A stretch of DNA of 64,000 nt from Eledone cirrhosa (GCA_964016885.1 OZ024741.1:333250001-333314000); one strand, 5' to 3'; positions 30,298 through 45,404 are shown, numbered from the stretch's first letter. The notes: generated from the letters alone by a model not told the origin. Numbers and translations: made by a program.

Positions 30298-30525
30298 ACA
30301 ATCAACAAGATCCAAGGCTCATTCGCTTACTGTCAAATCAGACCAAGGAAACAATGTTTCCCTTGGCTTTTCCATTGCTGATACTACCTACCGGTTGCAA
30401 CTCCTGGCAGAAAGAGCAACATGAAATAAAGTGTCTTGCTCAAGGACATAATGTATTGCCTCGTTCAGGAATTGAACTCACAACCTCATGATTGTGAGTT
30501 TTCTCACCACTAAGACAAGCACTTT
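30298..30525 (-). mobile_element. tRNA/CORE-like SINE (same family as 40872-41110)
   Basis: Shares CAAATCAGACCAAGGAAACAATGTTTCC and GTGTCTTGCTCAAGGAC. Confidence 0.65.
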
Positions 30526-30759
30526 CAATATATTGACCTGTATTGACATTAAATAATCAGAACACTTTTTACAAACAGCCATTTTTCAACTCTACTAGAA
30601 CAGACAATGCACTGTCTGCAGCCACTGTGTTCTCTTTATCAACTGTACAATTTAAACATTTTTGTGTGACTATGACACCACAGGTTCTTAAATTATCTGT
30701 TCACCAGCTACAGCATTTCAAATTTCATATACCATTTATACACAAATATAATGATTTCT

Positions 30760-30960
30760 ACTATAGACACAAAGCTATGCATTTGGGTAGAGGGGAAAGT
30801 CAATTAAATCGACCCCAATGCATTACTGGTGCTGTATTTTAGTGACCCCATAAAGATGAAAGGCAAAGCTAACCTCAGCGCGATTTGAACTCAGTACGTA
30901 AAGGGCCATAACTCTATACTGCAAAGCATGGTGTCTGTCGCTCTATCAGTTCTACCATAG
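30760..30960 (-). mobile_element. Meta-like tRNA SINE
   Basis: GATGAAAGGCAAAG...GATTTGAACTCAG, reverse complement of the 5196 family. Confidence 0.7.
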
Positions 30961-31540
30961 GGGCATACTTAAATATTAAATATATTAAATATATGTATAT
31001 TTGTGTAACTGTTAGAGTAAATTATTTCCAAATGCATCTCTATATTGAACCAATCTTATCTCCTTTACATCACCCCTTCAACTATGCATGTCCCATGGAA
31101 CTGGCCTATGAATTCCACATTTACGGAGTTATATATTAATTATAACAGACATTCTGTCTATCTGTTTGACTGTGTATTATTTTGCTTATACACCAATTCT
31201 AGCACCACATTCCTCATTCTTTGTCATCCATACAAAACTAATATTTATCTCATAATCAACCCCCTACACACTGTACAGTTTGATAAACCAGCCTAAGTGT
31301 TATTCAAAATCATTACTATATTGAAACACGCGCACTCATATGTATATAAATATATATATAGCTTGTGCTTGTGCTTAGCAAGCTTTTTCATGGGTGTACT
31401 GGGGGTATTGGCACTGCAGAATTTATATATATATATATGTGTGTGTGTGTGTATTCATCAAATTAAAAATTATTTTCTAAAGAGGAATGCAAATGACTTC
31501 TATACAACTAGAACAGTTTCATTTGTTTGAAATCTTGAAA

Positions 31541-31575
<35 letters not shown>

Positions 31576-32353
31576 TACATACATATATATATATATATTA
31601 ACAATATTAATAAATGTAAAATATCTTTATAATACAATACCATATTTATTTTATTATACGTATTTGAAGGACACAAAATTTTAGCACGCTTTCATCAGAT
31701 AAAATATAATATTCGGTGTTAAGATATTGACATACCTTAGCATAGGGTTAATAGTATAAGCTTGCTATATATATATATATATATATGACTCATACACTGT
31801 TTATTTTCCTGACATTTGTACATTATTCTATGTACTATACATGCACCTTTGATGAGTTGTAGTGCACCTGAGCACTGTACACAATAATTTCATTATTATT
31901 ATTATTATTATATATATATAGGTGTCTATATTAGTGTGTAAACCACTTGCAGAATTGACAAGTAACAGTTTATAAAATATGATTATATGTCTTCAAAACA
32001 TTTCTAATAAAAATTTGTTCTGTTACAAAACAATTTCAAACACAGTTTTCTTTTTGTTATTTTCAGCCAGCAACATGTTTGTCTCTGATGACCAGAAGCA
32101 GCTCAGAAATACACATATGTGCTTCTCATAACATGTAATGGACTCCGGAAACAAAACTGGAATGAAAACATAAAATATAGTAAATGTCACGGAAAATAAT
32201 TCCCGACTTTATTGATGATATATATGGAAGAAATATGAAAAAACAAAAACAGAACAACATTTCTGCTGCTAGAAGATGAGAATCTTGTCAAAGCAGTGTT
32301 GATCTATATATCATTTATGTTGGGAAAGAGTTAGTCTCAGAAACAAACAAACA

Positions 32354-32357
<4 letters not shown>

Positions 32358-32435
<78 letters not shown>

Positions 32436-32445
32436 TATACACATA

Positions 32446-32489
<44 letters not shown>

Positions 32490-32580
32490 TATACACATAT
32501 ATATTTTATATATATATATATATATATACATATATATTATATATACATATACACATATATATTTTATATATATATATACA

Positions 32581-32623
<43 letters not shown>

Positions 32624-32888
32624 ACACACACACATATATTATGTATATAAACATATAAATATATATATATATTTATATACACACACACATATATATATGT
32701 GTCTATACATATATATATAGACAAACACACACAAACACACATATATAAATATATATATATATTTATATATACACACACACATATATATGTATATATATAT
32801 ATATATATATAGACAAACACACATATATATATATATATATAAATATATATACACACACACACACACACATATATATATATTATAAATG

Positions 32889-32920
<32 letters not shown>

Positions 32921-33082
32921 AATATGCATATATATTATATGTATACAAACACACACTCACACATACATAAACGGAGCCAGTATGCATTTCAAAACAAATG
33001 CAACATTTATAAACACATCTGTTGTAACATATGATAAAGCAGTGGAAAGAATTTGAAGATCATGCACACATGTATATGTGTG

Positions 33083-33126
<44 letters not shown>

Positions 33127-33202
33127 TGTATGTATATATATAGATACATATATATATGTATATATATATATATATATATGAATATATATATATATATATG
33201 TG

Positions 33203-33271
<69 letters not shown>

Positions 33272-33374
33272 ATATATATATATATATACACATATATATA
33301 TATGTGTGTATATATATATATATGTATATATACATATATATATATATGAATATATATATATATATATGTGTGTG

Positions 33375-33432
<58 letters not shown>

Positions 33433-33508
33433 TATATATATATGTGTGTGTATATATATATATGTGTGTGTATATATATATATATATATGTGTATATATA
33501 TATATATA

Positions 33509-33554
<46 letters not shown>

Positions 33555-33584
33555 TGTATGTATATATAGATACACACATATATA

Positions 33585-33652
<68 letters not shown>

Positions 33653-33662
33653 TATGTATGTG

Positions 33663-33698
<36 letters not shown>

Positions 33699-34125
33699 TA
33701 TGTATGTGTATGTATATATATATGTATATATATACATGCATGTATGAATAGTACTATAAAATAGATGTATTGCATGTGCTGCTAAAATTTTACCATATGA
33801 TTTGTGTGTACAAATGATTGGTTTGTTCAGGCATAAAGCATACATCATATAGATATTATCACATCATCTTGGTAATGTCATAAGTATGTAATATATATAT
33901 ATATATATGATGATGATGATGATTCTCTCTATATACATTGAAGAAAAATGTCAGTGACTTCAAAGTTTTAGCTAGGCTCACTAATGCTGAAACTTTAAAG
34001 CCACTATCATATATATATATATATATGTTTATTTGTGTCTATACATATATGTATATATGTAAATATATATATCTATATGTGTATATATATGTATATATAT
34101 ATATACATATATATGTATATATATC

Positions 34126-34156
<31 letters not shown>

Positions 34157-34265
34157 CTATATATATATATTTGTATATATATATATATGTATGTATATAT
34201 ATTTATATACATGTGTATATATAGATGTGTATGTAACAGTATGTACATATATGTATATATATATG
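32358..34265. repeat. Compound (TA)/(CA)/(TG) microsatellite field
   Basis: Visible directly, with short unique islands. Confidence 0.9.
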
Positions 34266-34829
34266 ATTAAAATATTTGATGATGTTAGTGATGATGATAA
34301 TGACGGACAAATAACTACAACAAAAATATAAAAAAAAAAAAACAATATATAAACTTCAATACTTCATCTACATTATTCTCATTCTCATCATTTTCACTTT
34401 TATCCAAAGAAAACGAAAACAAAACAATATTTTGGTGGATATGAAATATAAGAATTGAATGACTAATCAAAATTTCCCACCTTGACTATTCAACATAGCT
34501 GTTATGTCACTGTGTTCCAAGTTAGACATGTACATTATGGAATTTTTAAAATAATTTAAATAACTATTCTCCAAATGCATCATTTCTCTACCCCTCCATC
34601 TGAGTGGAATACAGCTATTTTAGTTGGTTGCACTGAAATTTGTCATTGAAATATTCATGTGATGTTTTGTCCTTGGTCTTGGTATGCCACCATTATTATG
34701 AACAGTGTCGTTCAGTTTTGAAATTCATTCTTCTTGTATATAAATTATTCAGATTATATTGCTTTCATTTTGTTGCTATTCAAGTAAAAAACAATTTTAA
34801 AACACGTTTCTCATTCTTATCATCCTTAT

Positions 34830-35010
34830 CATACATAGGCTGACTATGAAGGAATGATGCTAGTGCTGTAAAATCTTGCATGCATTAATTTCAACTCTTA
34901 TTAATAACTGTATTATTTTTTTCCAGGAACTATGTTGAAAAAGAAACCTCATTTGGTAATTCCATGAGAGTATCTTGGTCAGCCTATGAACTTTTAAGCT
35001 GATCCTCATA
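34830..35010 (+). mobile_element. Mariner-type MITE (partial)
   Basis: CATAGGCTGAC...GTCAGCCTATGAACTTTT..CCTC; homologous to 42243-42445. Confidence 0.65.
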
Positions 35011-35489
35011 AACTTAACCCATTAGCATTTAAACCAGTTGTATTCATCCACAATTCTCTCACCTCTTTCGGTTTAAACTGGCTGTAACTGGCCACTCATA
35101 CTGATGTTATGGTATTGTTCTCAAAATAAATAATATCAAAATCTCAAAGATCCGATATTATGTGAGATAATTATGTGAGATAATTATGCCTTTACTGCGA
35201 AAATACAATAGTATATATAGAGTAATGTAAATATTAAAGGGTTACCTGTCCCTCCACTCTAGAAATACTTAAATATATTTTTCTATGACATTACTAATAG
35301 ATTTAACCACCCCACACACACTCACACAAAAAGGGACCTAAATAATTTGAAAAGGTGGGATCTTTAAAAGCTGAAAATTATTGTAACAGTCAAATGTTAT
35401 GAGAGATACAGAATTAATATCTCTCTAGTGCCTGCTGGCCTATTCATTTCCATTTCAAGAGGTATTTTATCAGATTTTCAATAGTGACA

Positions 35490-35935
35490 GTGGATTGGCA
35501 GTATCGGTAGAGCATCAGACAATATGCTTTGCAGCATAGAGTTACATTCCTTTAGGTTCTGAGTTCAAATTCTGCCAAGGTTAGCTTTGCCTTTCATCCT
35601 TACATGTATGATAAAATAAAGTACCAGTAATGCACTGGGTCAATTTGATTAACTTTTCCCTCCATCAAAACCAAGAGGTATTTTACAAGATTATCTAAGC
35701 TATTATTAACAGCGATGGTGGATTGGCTGTAATCAGTAGAGTGTCAGACAATATGTTTGTGACATATAGTTACGTCCCTTTACATTCTGAGTTCAAATTC
35801 TGCTGAAGTTAACTTTGCCTTTCAACCTTATGGGGTTGATAAAATAAAGCACCAGTAATGCACTGAGGTCAATTTAATCAACTTTCCCCTCCCGAAAATT
35901 CTTGGTCTTGTGTCTAAATCAGAAACCATTATTTA
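35490..35935 (+). mobile_element. Two Meta-like tRNA SINEs in a tandem duplication
   Basis: CAAGAGGTATTTTA at 35456 and 35672 precedes each copy. Confidence 0.7.
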
Positions 35936-38900
35936 TAGCAATCAACTGTTGTTACTGTTATTTTCTGCATTTGGAATTCACACATTTTCAATTTTCAAAT
36001 CACCCAGTGCTCTGATAATCCATAGAATGTGTCCTATGTAATGTTTGGAAGGTAAGTTTCCCCACAAAAACTTTATAAAGTCTCTTTTAATGATGTATTA
36101 GTGTATTTATACACTGTGGGCATTAGTTGTTATATTCCTCATCAGAGAATTGTGAACCTGATTAATGAGGTCAAGTGTGAGCTTGAAACAACTAAATACT
36201 GGATTTGAATACTGACCAGAATGCTTAAGATGATGTAAACTATAAACTCTAGCCTTGAGATATCTTGAGGAATAAAGTATGTTTATCCAGATAGATCAGT
36301 CTCAACTTACCCTCTTACAGGAAAACAAGAAGTTATACAGTTATATGAACTTCTTATATTTTTATACAATATCATGTTTATAATAGATGAAAAGCTCATC
36401 AGAATATGCTTAATCCGTTATCCTTTATTATAACACCATCTGACATCAGCCTTGGTTCTATGATACAAAACTGTATATTTTAAAGTATTTATATTTATCC
36501 AAACAATCTTCTATCATTAAGTTATGCTCCAAACAATGGCTTAGTACTGAGAAAGTTATACAATATCTTTTTTAAATAGTTGAGTGATCAGAAGTTTGAG
36601 AATTTGAAAAAAGCATCAACATTGTTTGACTATGAAAAATAGTCTTATGAGTTGGACATTTAAACCCTGGATACGGAAAACATTTTGTACAGCACCGCCC
36701 ATCCTTTAGTCAATGTTGGTGCTTCTTTCAAATTCTCAAACTGAGAAATTTACAATACTAAATCCCTTCAAAATTTTTCAGGATTATTTGAAAATCACAG
36801 ACAGTTTCTTTTTTAAGAAATACAGTAATGAAAAGGTTAAATAAATTGTCCCGCATTGTATTTACCAACCAACATGGCATGACATGAGAGAAGATTGAAA
36901 TAAATTAACTATGTTTCAACTTGAGGTATAATTGGTTTCACCAGGTTTTAAATGCTCAAGACATTCAGTGTGACAGGATGCAGAACCTACAATTCCATTA
37001 GGTTTAAAATGCCAGAGATGCCACTTAACAGAACCAGGTTTAAAAAGCCCAAGGCACACTATGTGACAGTATGGTGTCCTACAAGTCCAAGTATTAAGGG
37101 CCTAAGAAAAAAGAAAGTAAGAAATAATATGCAAGGACCCCAATGAAATTCTCAGTCAGGGTCCCCATGAAAACTTAATCAACCTCTATTATGGTCATTG
37201 TCAAGATAGCATATATTGAAAATATATAACAATTTGCTAATGAAAAAGAAATGTTAGTTGCCCTTTAAAGAGAAATTTCACATAGGTTGTGTTTCCTGAG
37301 TAGATTGTAATCATGAAAGGTAGGGCATACAAAAGTGGGATGTGTTTCAATCTGTACATTACTCCAGGGTCTAGAGAATAAATGAGCAGACCATAAATAT
37401 CTGATGCCTCCTCTTCTTAAAAAATACACTCCTTTTAGCCTCTTTCAAACTTGAGACTATCCCCTCTTTCCCTTCTCCATTTCATATTTCCCTTTGTAAA
37501 ATTTCTTTCAGCAGCTCTGATCAAAGGACATCAGTATCTTCCCCCCTCCCCCCAAAATAGAACACAAACAAATAAAATAAAAACATAATATTTATAATTT
37601 GTAATGTATTAGCTGCTGCAAATAAATAAACTTTTGCTTAAAAAATTTAAATATATGGAATAGAAATAAAATTTTAGGATTTGAGGAATCATATTTCCTC
37701 AAAGACAAATTAGCCAGAATATAGATTTACCAAAAGCTATAGGCAAAAAATGAAATGTATTTAAAGTATAATCTAGTGCTGATGCCATGATAAAATACAC
37801 TTGATAGATTGTGTGGGTGTATGTAAGTGTAATGTAGGCTCTTAGCCCATCTGAAAGGCCAGTAGTTCTGCTTAAGTAATAACTTAGTCAATGAAGATCC
37901 ATTAAACCCTTGCTATCATGAGAGACATGCTAAATGAGGACTATGAATCTATTTCCCCACTTTGATAAATAAACTCTAGTTTATAACTTCAATCAGTCTC
38001 TAAAACACTTAGCAAACACCCAAACCAAAATGTTAACCTGCACTCCAAATTGACCCACCCTCCAAATTCAGCAAACCAAATGTGAACTGCCTACCTTTCC
38101 AAACTGCAACAGCCACCAAATGTGGAAAACAGACATTATCAGCTGTCATATTACGTAGTTTCTATATAATAAAGCTATTATTATCTGCAGTAACTATGGC
38201 ACCATTATGTAATAGGTCATCCTTCACCTTCTCCCATCATCTCTCAACCACCAAACTGTCTGCCTCGATCACATGATGCCATGCATCGGGAACTCTAGTT
38301 CATAAAACACAACATAAAAAAACAAAAAATACCCAAGCCATATGTCATCCAAATTGTGTATTATAAGTAGTGTAAGTAATAGAATAAGTTTAGATTTTGG
38401 TCATATAAAGGGTTTGATGAATATTTGAGCAATACACAAAATTAAATAATACACTACACCAAACCAGGTCAGAATTCTGATAAATCTACCTTCTTCACAA
38501 CATAAAATCAGTAAATATTTGCAATGAAATTGTCACAACAAAACTGTTAGGTCTGCCGCAATCATATATATATATATACAAAGATTAACTTCAAGAACTA
38601 GAATTAAATTTTAGAAATTCATTTATATTTGTGTTAATTATGAGTTAAAAATACCTTTGCAGAAGAGATGAAAGGAAAGGAAAGTAAAGAGATCGTGGAT
38701 AAAGAGCATTTTTATGTTCCCAAATACTTCAAATGAAATTGTAATTTGTTATTAGATATTACTATCTCCATCTTGAACTTTGGATATAAACCTGATTAAT
38801 ATCATTTCACAAATTTCTTAACAGAAACAGCTTTGGTAAAAGAAAAAAATGGGAAAGGGGGGAAAATTGTGAAAAGCAACATTGTAAAAAAACAAAAACA

Positions 38901-40871
38901 AAAAAAAAAAGACAAAAATAACTAGAAATTCTAGACTTTTGTAGAAAATTTTCTCAGTTTAACATTTATTCATCAAGGTTAAGAAAAATTATGCATAGAA
39001 TTAATTTTATCTTAGAATTCAAATTGCATAATTGAATTTTAGATTCGAATATGAATAAAACATTTTACAAATCATATTTCAGAGAAGCTATTCTATCTCA
39101 CTCTTCATACTTTCTATGATTTTATATTGGCCAAAGATTGATTTATCTCCGGATCAATTAAAACCAGCCTTTTTATAAAATTTCTCCATTCTTTTCATAA
39201 AGTTATTTCATTAAAGTCCAAACTTGTTATCAAATTTTCTAAATAGTCAAGTAATATTTGTTTATTTATTCATCTTTCACATTTACATATATATTTATTT
39301 TCTTTTATGGATAGTGTTCTGTAACAATTATTATATCTTTGGGAGTACTTTTGATTGAAAACAAGGTCTGTGGAATTCTCCTAAATCCCTAGAAAGCAAT
39401 TACTATTTATATAAATTTATAATAAAAAAAAAAATCTATGAAAAAAGTAATAATTTATTCTTACAACTGTTGCTATAAGGTACATAGAAGCTTTATTGAA
39501 CAGCTTATAGGAGTATTGATTTTATATTAGGATAGTGAGAGGGCAGTAATTGGAATTTATGAGGAATTCAGGATGTGATATTAATTCATTTATTACCTAC
39601 CTGACCCAAACTGGCTCTGGTCCTATGAAACCAAACATCCATTTTAAAGGGTTCTTATTTAAATTAAAATCTTCCAACATAATTTTATATAAAAAAAAAA
39701 CATCATAAGTTACTTTCTTAATAATAATTAATAATTTTAGGAAATTGCTCAAAATTCTTCATTAATTAAAATAGATTTTTTCATTAGAAATATGGTCATA
39801 ATTTTATTGGGCCGTCGTGTATAAAATTTGTAGAAATTTGTAGGGAAAAAAATAATTTCTACAAATTTCATACTTGATGACCCAACAGTAAGTCCCTCAT
39901 AATTCTTCATTAATTGATTAGATGAAATAGAATGTATATCATTTGAAATATGGTCACAAAATGGTTAATATGATAAATACAATCAACTTTTTGAGGCTAT
40001 ATTTTTTTACCTTCTGAAAGCCAACTCTTATCAGATGTAGGGATATATTACCTCTTATTGCATTGCACCTATTCTAAACCTGATATACACAGAATACTGT
40101 CTTGTATAAGGACAGATTATATTAGAAAATTTGTTCCCACATATCCCCAGGACCATCACCAAGGAGGAGAAGGGATACTGGATGGCACAGCCTTCCTACT
40201 TTTCAGTGATAAAAAATAGGGTTTATAAAAAGTGTTCTAAATTACATTCCTGGTGAAAGTGTGCTCACCCAGAATATTCTGAGGCCCCCACTGAGCACCA
40301 AAGCTTAGCAACAGGCCTACATACATAATCAAGATGGGATTCTTATAGCTGGAATTACTGGTATAAATGTAGATAACCAACTCATATGCCCCACTGATGT
40401 ACATAAAAATGTTACAGTATCATTAAGTATACTAAAACTCACTAAATGTGGAAGGCTGTTTTCATGTGTATTAGACAGTTCTCTGTTACACAAACCACAT
40501 GGAAATATGCACACCACCCATATATACACATACATCATTTATGATATAGAATGGTGTTTTCTGTAATTTGTTATTTTGGGTTTCTTTTTAATATTGGAAG
40601 TTTTCACATGGTTAGAATATCTCAGGAAAGAACTGCTGGACAGATTTTATGGGCAAAACCAATTGGCAGGAGACCCAGGAGTAGACCCTGAGCAAAATGG
40701 TTGGATAACATTAATGAGTTTGGCTGTTTTTGCTTGGGGATCCAGGCCGGATCTATTGAAGATTGATTCTCTTATGATAGGAGCCACTGGAAGGAGTGTT
40801 TGAGGTCTCTGCTTCCATGACCCTCATAAGAATAAGTGAGAAGAAGAAACAATACCTATAATAATAGGTGG

Positions 40872-41110
40872 AGGGCATGTGGCTTAGTGGCTAGGGAATT
40901 GGATTTAAAATCATGAGGTTGTGAGTTTGATTCCCTAACTGTGTGATGCATTATGTCCTTGATCAGGATAATTTATTTCATGTTGCTCATTCTGCCAGGA
41001 CTGGTAAATAGTATCAACAATGGAAAGACAAATGGAAACATTGTTTCCTTGGTCTGATTTGATGAGTTCCACCCCACTTGGTAAGCGAATGAAGCCTTGG
41101 ATTTTGTCAA
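40872..41110 (+). mobile_element. tRNA-derived SINE with CORE-like body
   Basis: A box TGGCTTAGTGG, B-box-like GAGTTTGATTCCC, then TGTCCTTGATCAGG..TTTATTTCATGTTGCTC. Confidence 0.7.
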
Positions 41111-41127
41111 TATATATATATATATAT

Positions 41128-41168
41128 CCGAGCTGAGGATCCGCATAAGGTGAAACAGTTGTTCTCGG
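41128..41168 (+). ncRNA. Solo minimal hammerhead ribozyme in a ~75-bp insert within (TA)n
   Basis: CCGAG CUGAGGA U CC GCAUAA GG U GAAA CAGUUG UU CUCGG: perfect 5-bp stem I. Confidence 0.8.
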
Positions 41169-41749
41169 TATGGTGAACTAACCATTGTGTTACCACTTCT
41201 ATATTTATATATATATAATAGGTACTCTAGGAATGATAAAAAGCACAGAAGAATACAGAAAATAACTCTACTAGTTACTACACATGTTGTGAAGAGTACT
41301 TTCAATACAGTGACACTGCATGCAGTAGCAGCAACAACAGCAGCAACAACAACAACAAAGATTTATTCATTTCACAACAACATTACAAAGACAAGTTACA
41401 ACATGAAGATGGGACTTTGCATAGAAATGAGAAAAAAATGGTAAGAAGTATACATAGTATATAGTTAAATAAGATATTCAGTTTGCTTTTTACATAGAGC
41501 TGCATAACTACAGCTAATTGAGGAACCCCACAGATCCATAACTGCCCTGACCACTAAGGGCAAACAAGATCAACAACACAAACAACACATGGTATTGTAG
41601 TTGCATACAGAAATAGGTAAGACTGCCAGGTTATTGATGTTACCAACACAAAAGACTAACTACATCATTGTCTTGAAAGAAAGTGAAAAAAATATATATA
41701 TACTGACTTGAAGATGAATATTGTGTGAATGTAATCAACACTACAAGAG

Positions 41750-41932
41750 TTTGCTGAAACATTCATAGGCCAAATGTGAAGGAGTGATGCTAGAGCTGTG
41801 AAATCTTGTATGCATTCATTTCAACTCTTCTTTTTAATAACTGCATTGTTTCTTTCCAGGGACTATGCTGAAAAATAAACCACATTTGGTCACTCCATGA
41901 GAGTATCTTAGTCAGCCTATGAACTTTTCAGC
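41750..41932 (+). mobile_element. Mariner-type MITE
   Basis: TTCATAGGC...GTCAGCCTATGAACTTTTCAGC. Confidence 0.65.
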
Positions 41933-41961
41933 TAACACACACACACTCACACACACACATA

Positions 41962-42238
41962 CTCATATATATATATATATATATTGTTATACTTGGGGAG
42001 GGTCATATTTGTGTAATTTTGCCAGAATTAATAACAGAACACACTCACTGTTTGGTTGGTTTTCGCTTTTCGCTTCTGTGTCTTTTATATCGGTAATCTA
42101 ATATACTCGGTCCTCAATGTTGCCATTGACTGACCGACGGTCAAAAATAATACAGATACAATAATACAGATACAATATAGACACAAACACATATATATAG
42201 TTTATCATAAATCTTTCGTTGCATATCTGCAACATCGT
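41962..42238 (-). mobile_element. PLE family 2 single arm, truncated inside the HHR core
   Basis: Near-identical to 5661-5907; stops at ..GCAACATCGT followed by ATATA. Confidence 0.85.
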
Positions 42239-42242
42239 ATAT

Positions 42243-42445
42243 ATACGAGGGTGGGATGAAAAGTTCATAAGCTGACTATGAAGGATTAATGATAGAGCTG
42301 TGAAATCTTGTATACATTAATTCCAACTCTACTTATTAATAACTGCATTGTTTCTTTCCAGGGACTATGTTGACAAATAAACCCCATTTGGTTATTCTAT
42401 GAGAGTATCTTGGTCAGCCTATGAACTTTTAAGCTGATCCTCGTG
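42243..42445 (+). mobile_element. Mariner-type MITE with TIRs
   Basis: TACGAGG..AAAAGTTCATAAGCTGAC / GTCAGCCTATGAACTTTT..CCTCGT. Confidence 0.75.
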
Positions 42446-42569
42446 CCTAACAATATCAAGATAATTCTAGTTGTTATTGGAAGTATGGAATTGGTTCTAG
42501 TGGCACAGAGAGAGACTATCTTAAGCAAATAGACATCAAATAAACATATTTAGTGTGCAAACAATAAAT

Positions 42570-42940
42570 AACAATGGTTTCTAATTTTGGCACTAGGGCC
42601 AGCAGTTTGGAAGAGAGGAATGAATGTAGATTGAATTGACCCCAGTGCATTACTTGTGCTTATTTTGTTGACCCACGTAAGAATGAAAAGCAAAGCTAAC
42701 CTCAATGGGATTTGAACTCGGAGTGTAAAGGACAGTAAAGACTGAAAAAGTGCCACAAGTAATTTTGTCCAATTCTCTAATAATTTAGCCAATTCACCAA
42801 CCTAATAATGATAATTGTTTCTACTTTAGGCACAAGGCCAGCAATTTGAAGGGTGAAAGATAATGCTAACTTCAGCACGATTTGAACTCAGAATGTAAAG
42901 GACCATAACATTATGCTGCAAAATATGTTGTTTGATGCTC
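42570..42940 (-). mobile_element. Meta-like SINE pair
   Basis: TTTCTAATTTTGGCAC..GGCCAGCA...GATTTGAACTC, twice. Confidence 0.65.
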
Positions 42941-43159
42941 TAATAATAATAATGATTTCTTTTATTGACCACAAGGGTCCAAGACATTGGGGACACTACA
43001 AGGACAAAAACCGCACAGAGTGGAGTCTATATTGAGTAAAGAAAAGAAACATAACCAACAGTAGGTATAGCAATAACAGTAATTGTAATATATAGTAAGG
43101 AGGAAGAGGACAAGGTGACAATGACGACGACGAAGAAGAAGAAATGGAACTGGCCCAAA

Positions 43160-43880
43160 GTGTCGATTCTTTGAGGAGCATGTTGAGTCCATTGACAATC
43201 TGGTCTCAGGCTGCAAAGAATTAGCTCCCCAGCAATATAAAATGAGGCATGACAGAGTGGAGCAATACTTACACTAGGTAAGGTCTGAAAATGGAGGGAA
43301 AATAATACAACTATTACCTAGATGTAGTAACGGGTGGCGAGAAACTGGCAATCCTATGGGATTTCCCTGTGAATACTGACAGAACAACCAAGGCCACCTG
43401 ACCTGGTATAACTGTGAAGGACCATAAAAAGAAAACATTGTTCTTAATTGAAATGAGCATTCCATCAGATTGTAACATCTCCCTGAAAGGGTTTGGAAAG
43501 CTCTGTAAGTATGAAGATCTATCAATTGAAATTGAGAAAATCTGGCATCTTAAGGCCTGTGCATTACTAGTGATAGTCGGTGCACTTGAAATGATAAAAA
43601 AGGGAACTGAAAAATATTTGGACCAGATGCCTGGTAAGCCATCTCTGCAATCTCTGCAATAGATAGAGAAAATAGTGCTGACTGGCACTATCCATGTCCT
43701 GAGAAGGGTATTATCAATTAAAAAACCTTGTAAATATATTCATTGTTATTTGTGCCCTTATGGCATTATTTGTATGACAATTAATTGTTAAATGTGTGTG
43801 TTATCAAATTTTGCCTCAGGTTTCAGATTGACACTTGGCATGATTTTGGAAAGAAGCAGAATTCAAAGGAAGATTCAAAT
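43160..43880 (+). mobile_element. Degenerate R4/Dong RLE 3' fragment
   Basis: KCRF..ESIDNLVSGC..RHD, PG/PD..KDHKKKTLFLIEMSIP..KYEDLSIEIEKIW..IVGAL; ends in (TAA)n. Confidence 0.8.
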
Positions 43881-43889
43881 AATAATAAT

Positions 43890-44240
43890 TGTTTCTACTT
43901 TTGGCACAAGGCCAGCAATTACACAGTGCATTACTGGTACTTTATTTTATCGACCCCGTAAGAATGAAAGGCAAAGTTATCCTCGGCGGGATTTGAACTC
44001 AGACCATAAACGGCCATAATTCTTTGCTGCAAAGCATGGTGTCCGACCCTCTAGCGATACTGCTAAATAATAATAATAATAATAACAATGATCTCATTTG
44101 TTGGCCACAAGGGGCGACTAATGATTTCTAATTTTGGCACAAGGCCAGTAATTTCAGGTTAGGGAAAGTTGATTATATCAACCTCAGTATTTTATTGACC
44201 TTGGAATGATGAAAGGCAATGTTGACCTTGGTGGAGTCAT
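43890..44240 (-). mobile_element. Meta-like SINE copies in (TAA)n
   Basis: CTGGTACTTTATTTTATCGACCCC..GAAAGGCAAAG..GATTTGAACTC. Confidence 0.7.
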
Positions 44241-44902
44241 AAAAATAACAAAAATATCAATCTGTCTATGCTGACTGCCAGGTCACTCGAAATAGAAATA
44301 ATAATAATATCAAAAATAATGATATCCTTATAATTGTGTAAAGTGCACATTGTGAACAATTTGGTGTGTTTATTTTTGTGGCTTATCAATGTTTGCAGTG
44401 AGTTTCACTGCCCTGGGTGTTGGGAACACACTCCACCCTCCGTCAAGAAATGGAAATAAAACTGAAGAATGAGGAGAAAACACAACAAAAACAATAATAA
44501 TAATAATAATAATAGACTTTTTTTACTATATTTCAGTTCGAGAAAATAATTTTCCTTTTATAAGGTCGATAAAATAAAGTACCAGTAATGCACTGGGTAA
44601 TTGCTGGCCTTGTGCCTAAAGTAGAAACAATTATGTAGCACATATTTTATATACTCCCACCCTAGCACCTTTCTCAAGCTTCATTATTTCTCTATGAGGT
44701 TTATATGCCCAACATTTCAGATCAGTGTCTTCCCAGTCAGTCTGCCCCAACCTCTCTCTCTCTCTCTCTCTCTCAATATATATATATATATCCATGGAGC
44801 GCTTGTCTGCACAATACGGAAGTTGCGTTTTGGTAATTTCTACCCTCCGAAATGCGATTCTCGGTAAATTTATATTTGTATATATATATATACATATATA
44901 TA

Positions 44903-44973
<71 letters not shown>

Positions 44974-45404
44974 CTATCTATCCCTCTATCCTTTTTCTGC
45001 TTCATTTCTCTTTTCAAGCAATTAAGTCTTGGCTAATTTGTTTTCTTATTATTCTCTCCTCTCCTTGTTTGTCTCATATATATATATATATATTTATCTT
45101 ATTTTGTTGGTTTTCTTTTTTTATATATTTTCCAGTATTTTATTTTGCTAAATATATAAAAATAAAAATAAAAAAAAGAAAGAAACAAGAAAAAAAAGTA
45201 TAAAAAAGAAAAAGAAGCATTCAACAAACTAAGAAATGTATCTATCTTCTTAGACTTAAAAATCTCATCTTTCGAATCATTTATCTCTCCACCTATAAGA
45301 ATCAACATTTAATAATGATGATGATGATCATGAAAATAATGATAAAGTGTTTGGTTTGCATGCTTCAAAAAATTCCTGTAGAAACATAAACTGGGAGAAA
45401 ATCC

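Noticed and set aside
31672-31706. Minus-strand CUGAUGAAAGCGUGCUA hammerhead-like motif
   Set aside because: Stem II is absent and stem I is poor; at best a deleted relic.
32080-32125. CUGAUGA...GAAA motif
   Set aside because: No stem II or stem I pairing.
40872-40945. tRNA gene
   Set aside because: A and B boxes only, no cloverleaf; it continues into a SINE body.
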